The notes under the pieces were generated by a model, which was given only the letters and a program-made list of their open reading frames with translations, was not told where the DNA came from and searched no databases. The translations under genes were made by a program, and so were the position numbers. Positions 62,816 through 64,000 of a stretch of DNA of 64,000 nt are shown here, piece after piece. Source of the DNA: Octopus bimaculoides (Eukaryota); contig NC_068991.1 of NCBI RefSeq assembly GCF_001194135.2, positions 54,764,028 to 54,828,027 of the forward strand, in the 5' to 3' direction. Numbering within the stretch: the first letter of the stretch is position 1; every line of letters starts with the position of its first letter.

Positions 62816-64000
62816 AGTGAATTTTAAAAGGTTTAATTTACCCTACAATCATTTGGTGTCTTAGACTGAACTGGTTGCGTCACCCACAGTACCTTAGCTC
62901 TGGGATACCTTTGCAAACTGTAACACAGAATGTGGTAACAGAGAGATATCCAGGAGTCATGACCTGGATGTGGCCTGGTCCCCTTTGTAAGGAGTTAAGA
63001 GCCAGAATGCATACATGGAGCATGTAGGGTGGGGCCCCTTCTCTGAAAACCTTCTGATGATCAGCTTTCCCTAGAGTTTCTAATTACCTAAAAACTGAAA
63101 AACTTACTGCTGTGACATTGTAAGTTCAAAACACCAAATAAATCCAAAGCAAATTTAGTCATGCGCTTTACTATCACCATTGTCCAACCTGTTCCCACAG
63201 CAAGTTTCACATCTCTCCCATGGCCAGACATATTTCTGATGGAAGACGGGAAATGGACAACATCTTTTGTATGGCAATGATGCTCATCTACAACAACCGT
63301 GATGTCAAAACAAAGACACACATTGACATGTGTGAGCAAGCATAAACACACATAATTAAATATATTTATGGGCACAGGTGTGACTGCAATAGGAAGCTTG
63401 CTTCCCAACCACATGGTTCCAGGTTCAGTCCTACTAAGCAGCACTTTGGACAATTGTCTTCTATAACTTCAAGCCAACCAAAGCCTTGTGGGTGTATTTG
63501 GTAGATGGAAACTGAAAGAAGGCCATCATGTATATATATATATATATATAATGTATGTGTGTGTATGTCTTTGTGTCTTGACAGCTGATGTTGGTGTGTT
63601 TACATCCCCTTAGCTTAGCAGTTCGGCAAAAGAAACCACTAGAATAAGTACCAGGCTTTGAAAAACATAAGTGCTGGGGTTGATTCATTTGATTAGAAAT
63701 TGTTGGAGGTGGTGCTCCAGCATGGCTGCAGTCTAATGACTGAGACAAGTAAAAGGGTAAATACATAAATAAATATACATGAATTAATTTCTTTCAGTTT
63801 TCATCCACTCACAAAACTGTGGTCAGCCCAGAGCTTATAGAAAACACAAGGCATTAGGAAGAGCATGCTAAAACAGACTGGAGCTTGCTGCAGTCCTCTA
63901 GTTTGCCAGCTCCTGTCTAACCATCCAACCCATGCCAGCATAGAAGACATGTTAAATGATGATGATACCCAAGGTATCATGCTGTAAAATTATATATATA

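Overview
Eukaryotic genomic DNA: AT-rich, intron-rich and repeat-dense, with seven N gaps. The repeat landscape looks like an octopus or other coleoid cephalopod (inference). The window is essentially one gene on the + strand, the bifunctional glutamyl-prolyl-tRNA synthetase EPRS1. I hand-spliced 33 GT-AG exons from about 763 to the stop at 62033. They sum to 4449 nt (1482 aa plus stop) in one continuous frame: GST-like domain, GluRS (HVGH and VLSKR motifs), three WHEP repeats, ProRS, ending in FGRSY. Exon 1 is the least certain. The introns hold tRNA-derived SINEs, RTE-clade LINE fragments, piggyBac-type MITEs, Tc1/mariner remnants, a Merlin-like MITE and Helitron/Helentron-like elements. An RLE-type LINE remnant lies downstream of the gene. 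The most unusual signal is a set of four hammerhead-ribozyme-like cores in unrelated intronic elements. Two are nearly complete and lie on the pre-mRNA sense strand (54515-54588, and 15188-15229 inside a 290-bp hairpin). Two are decayed. All ribozyme calls come from manual folding and are untested. Repeat boundaries are approximate unless a TIR or TSD is quoted.
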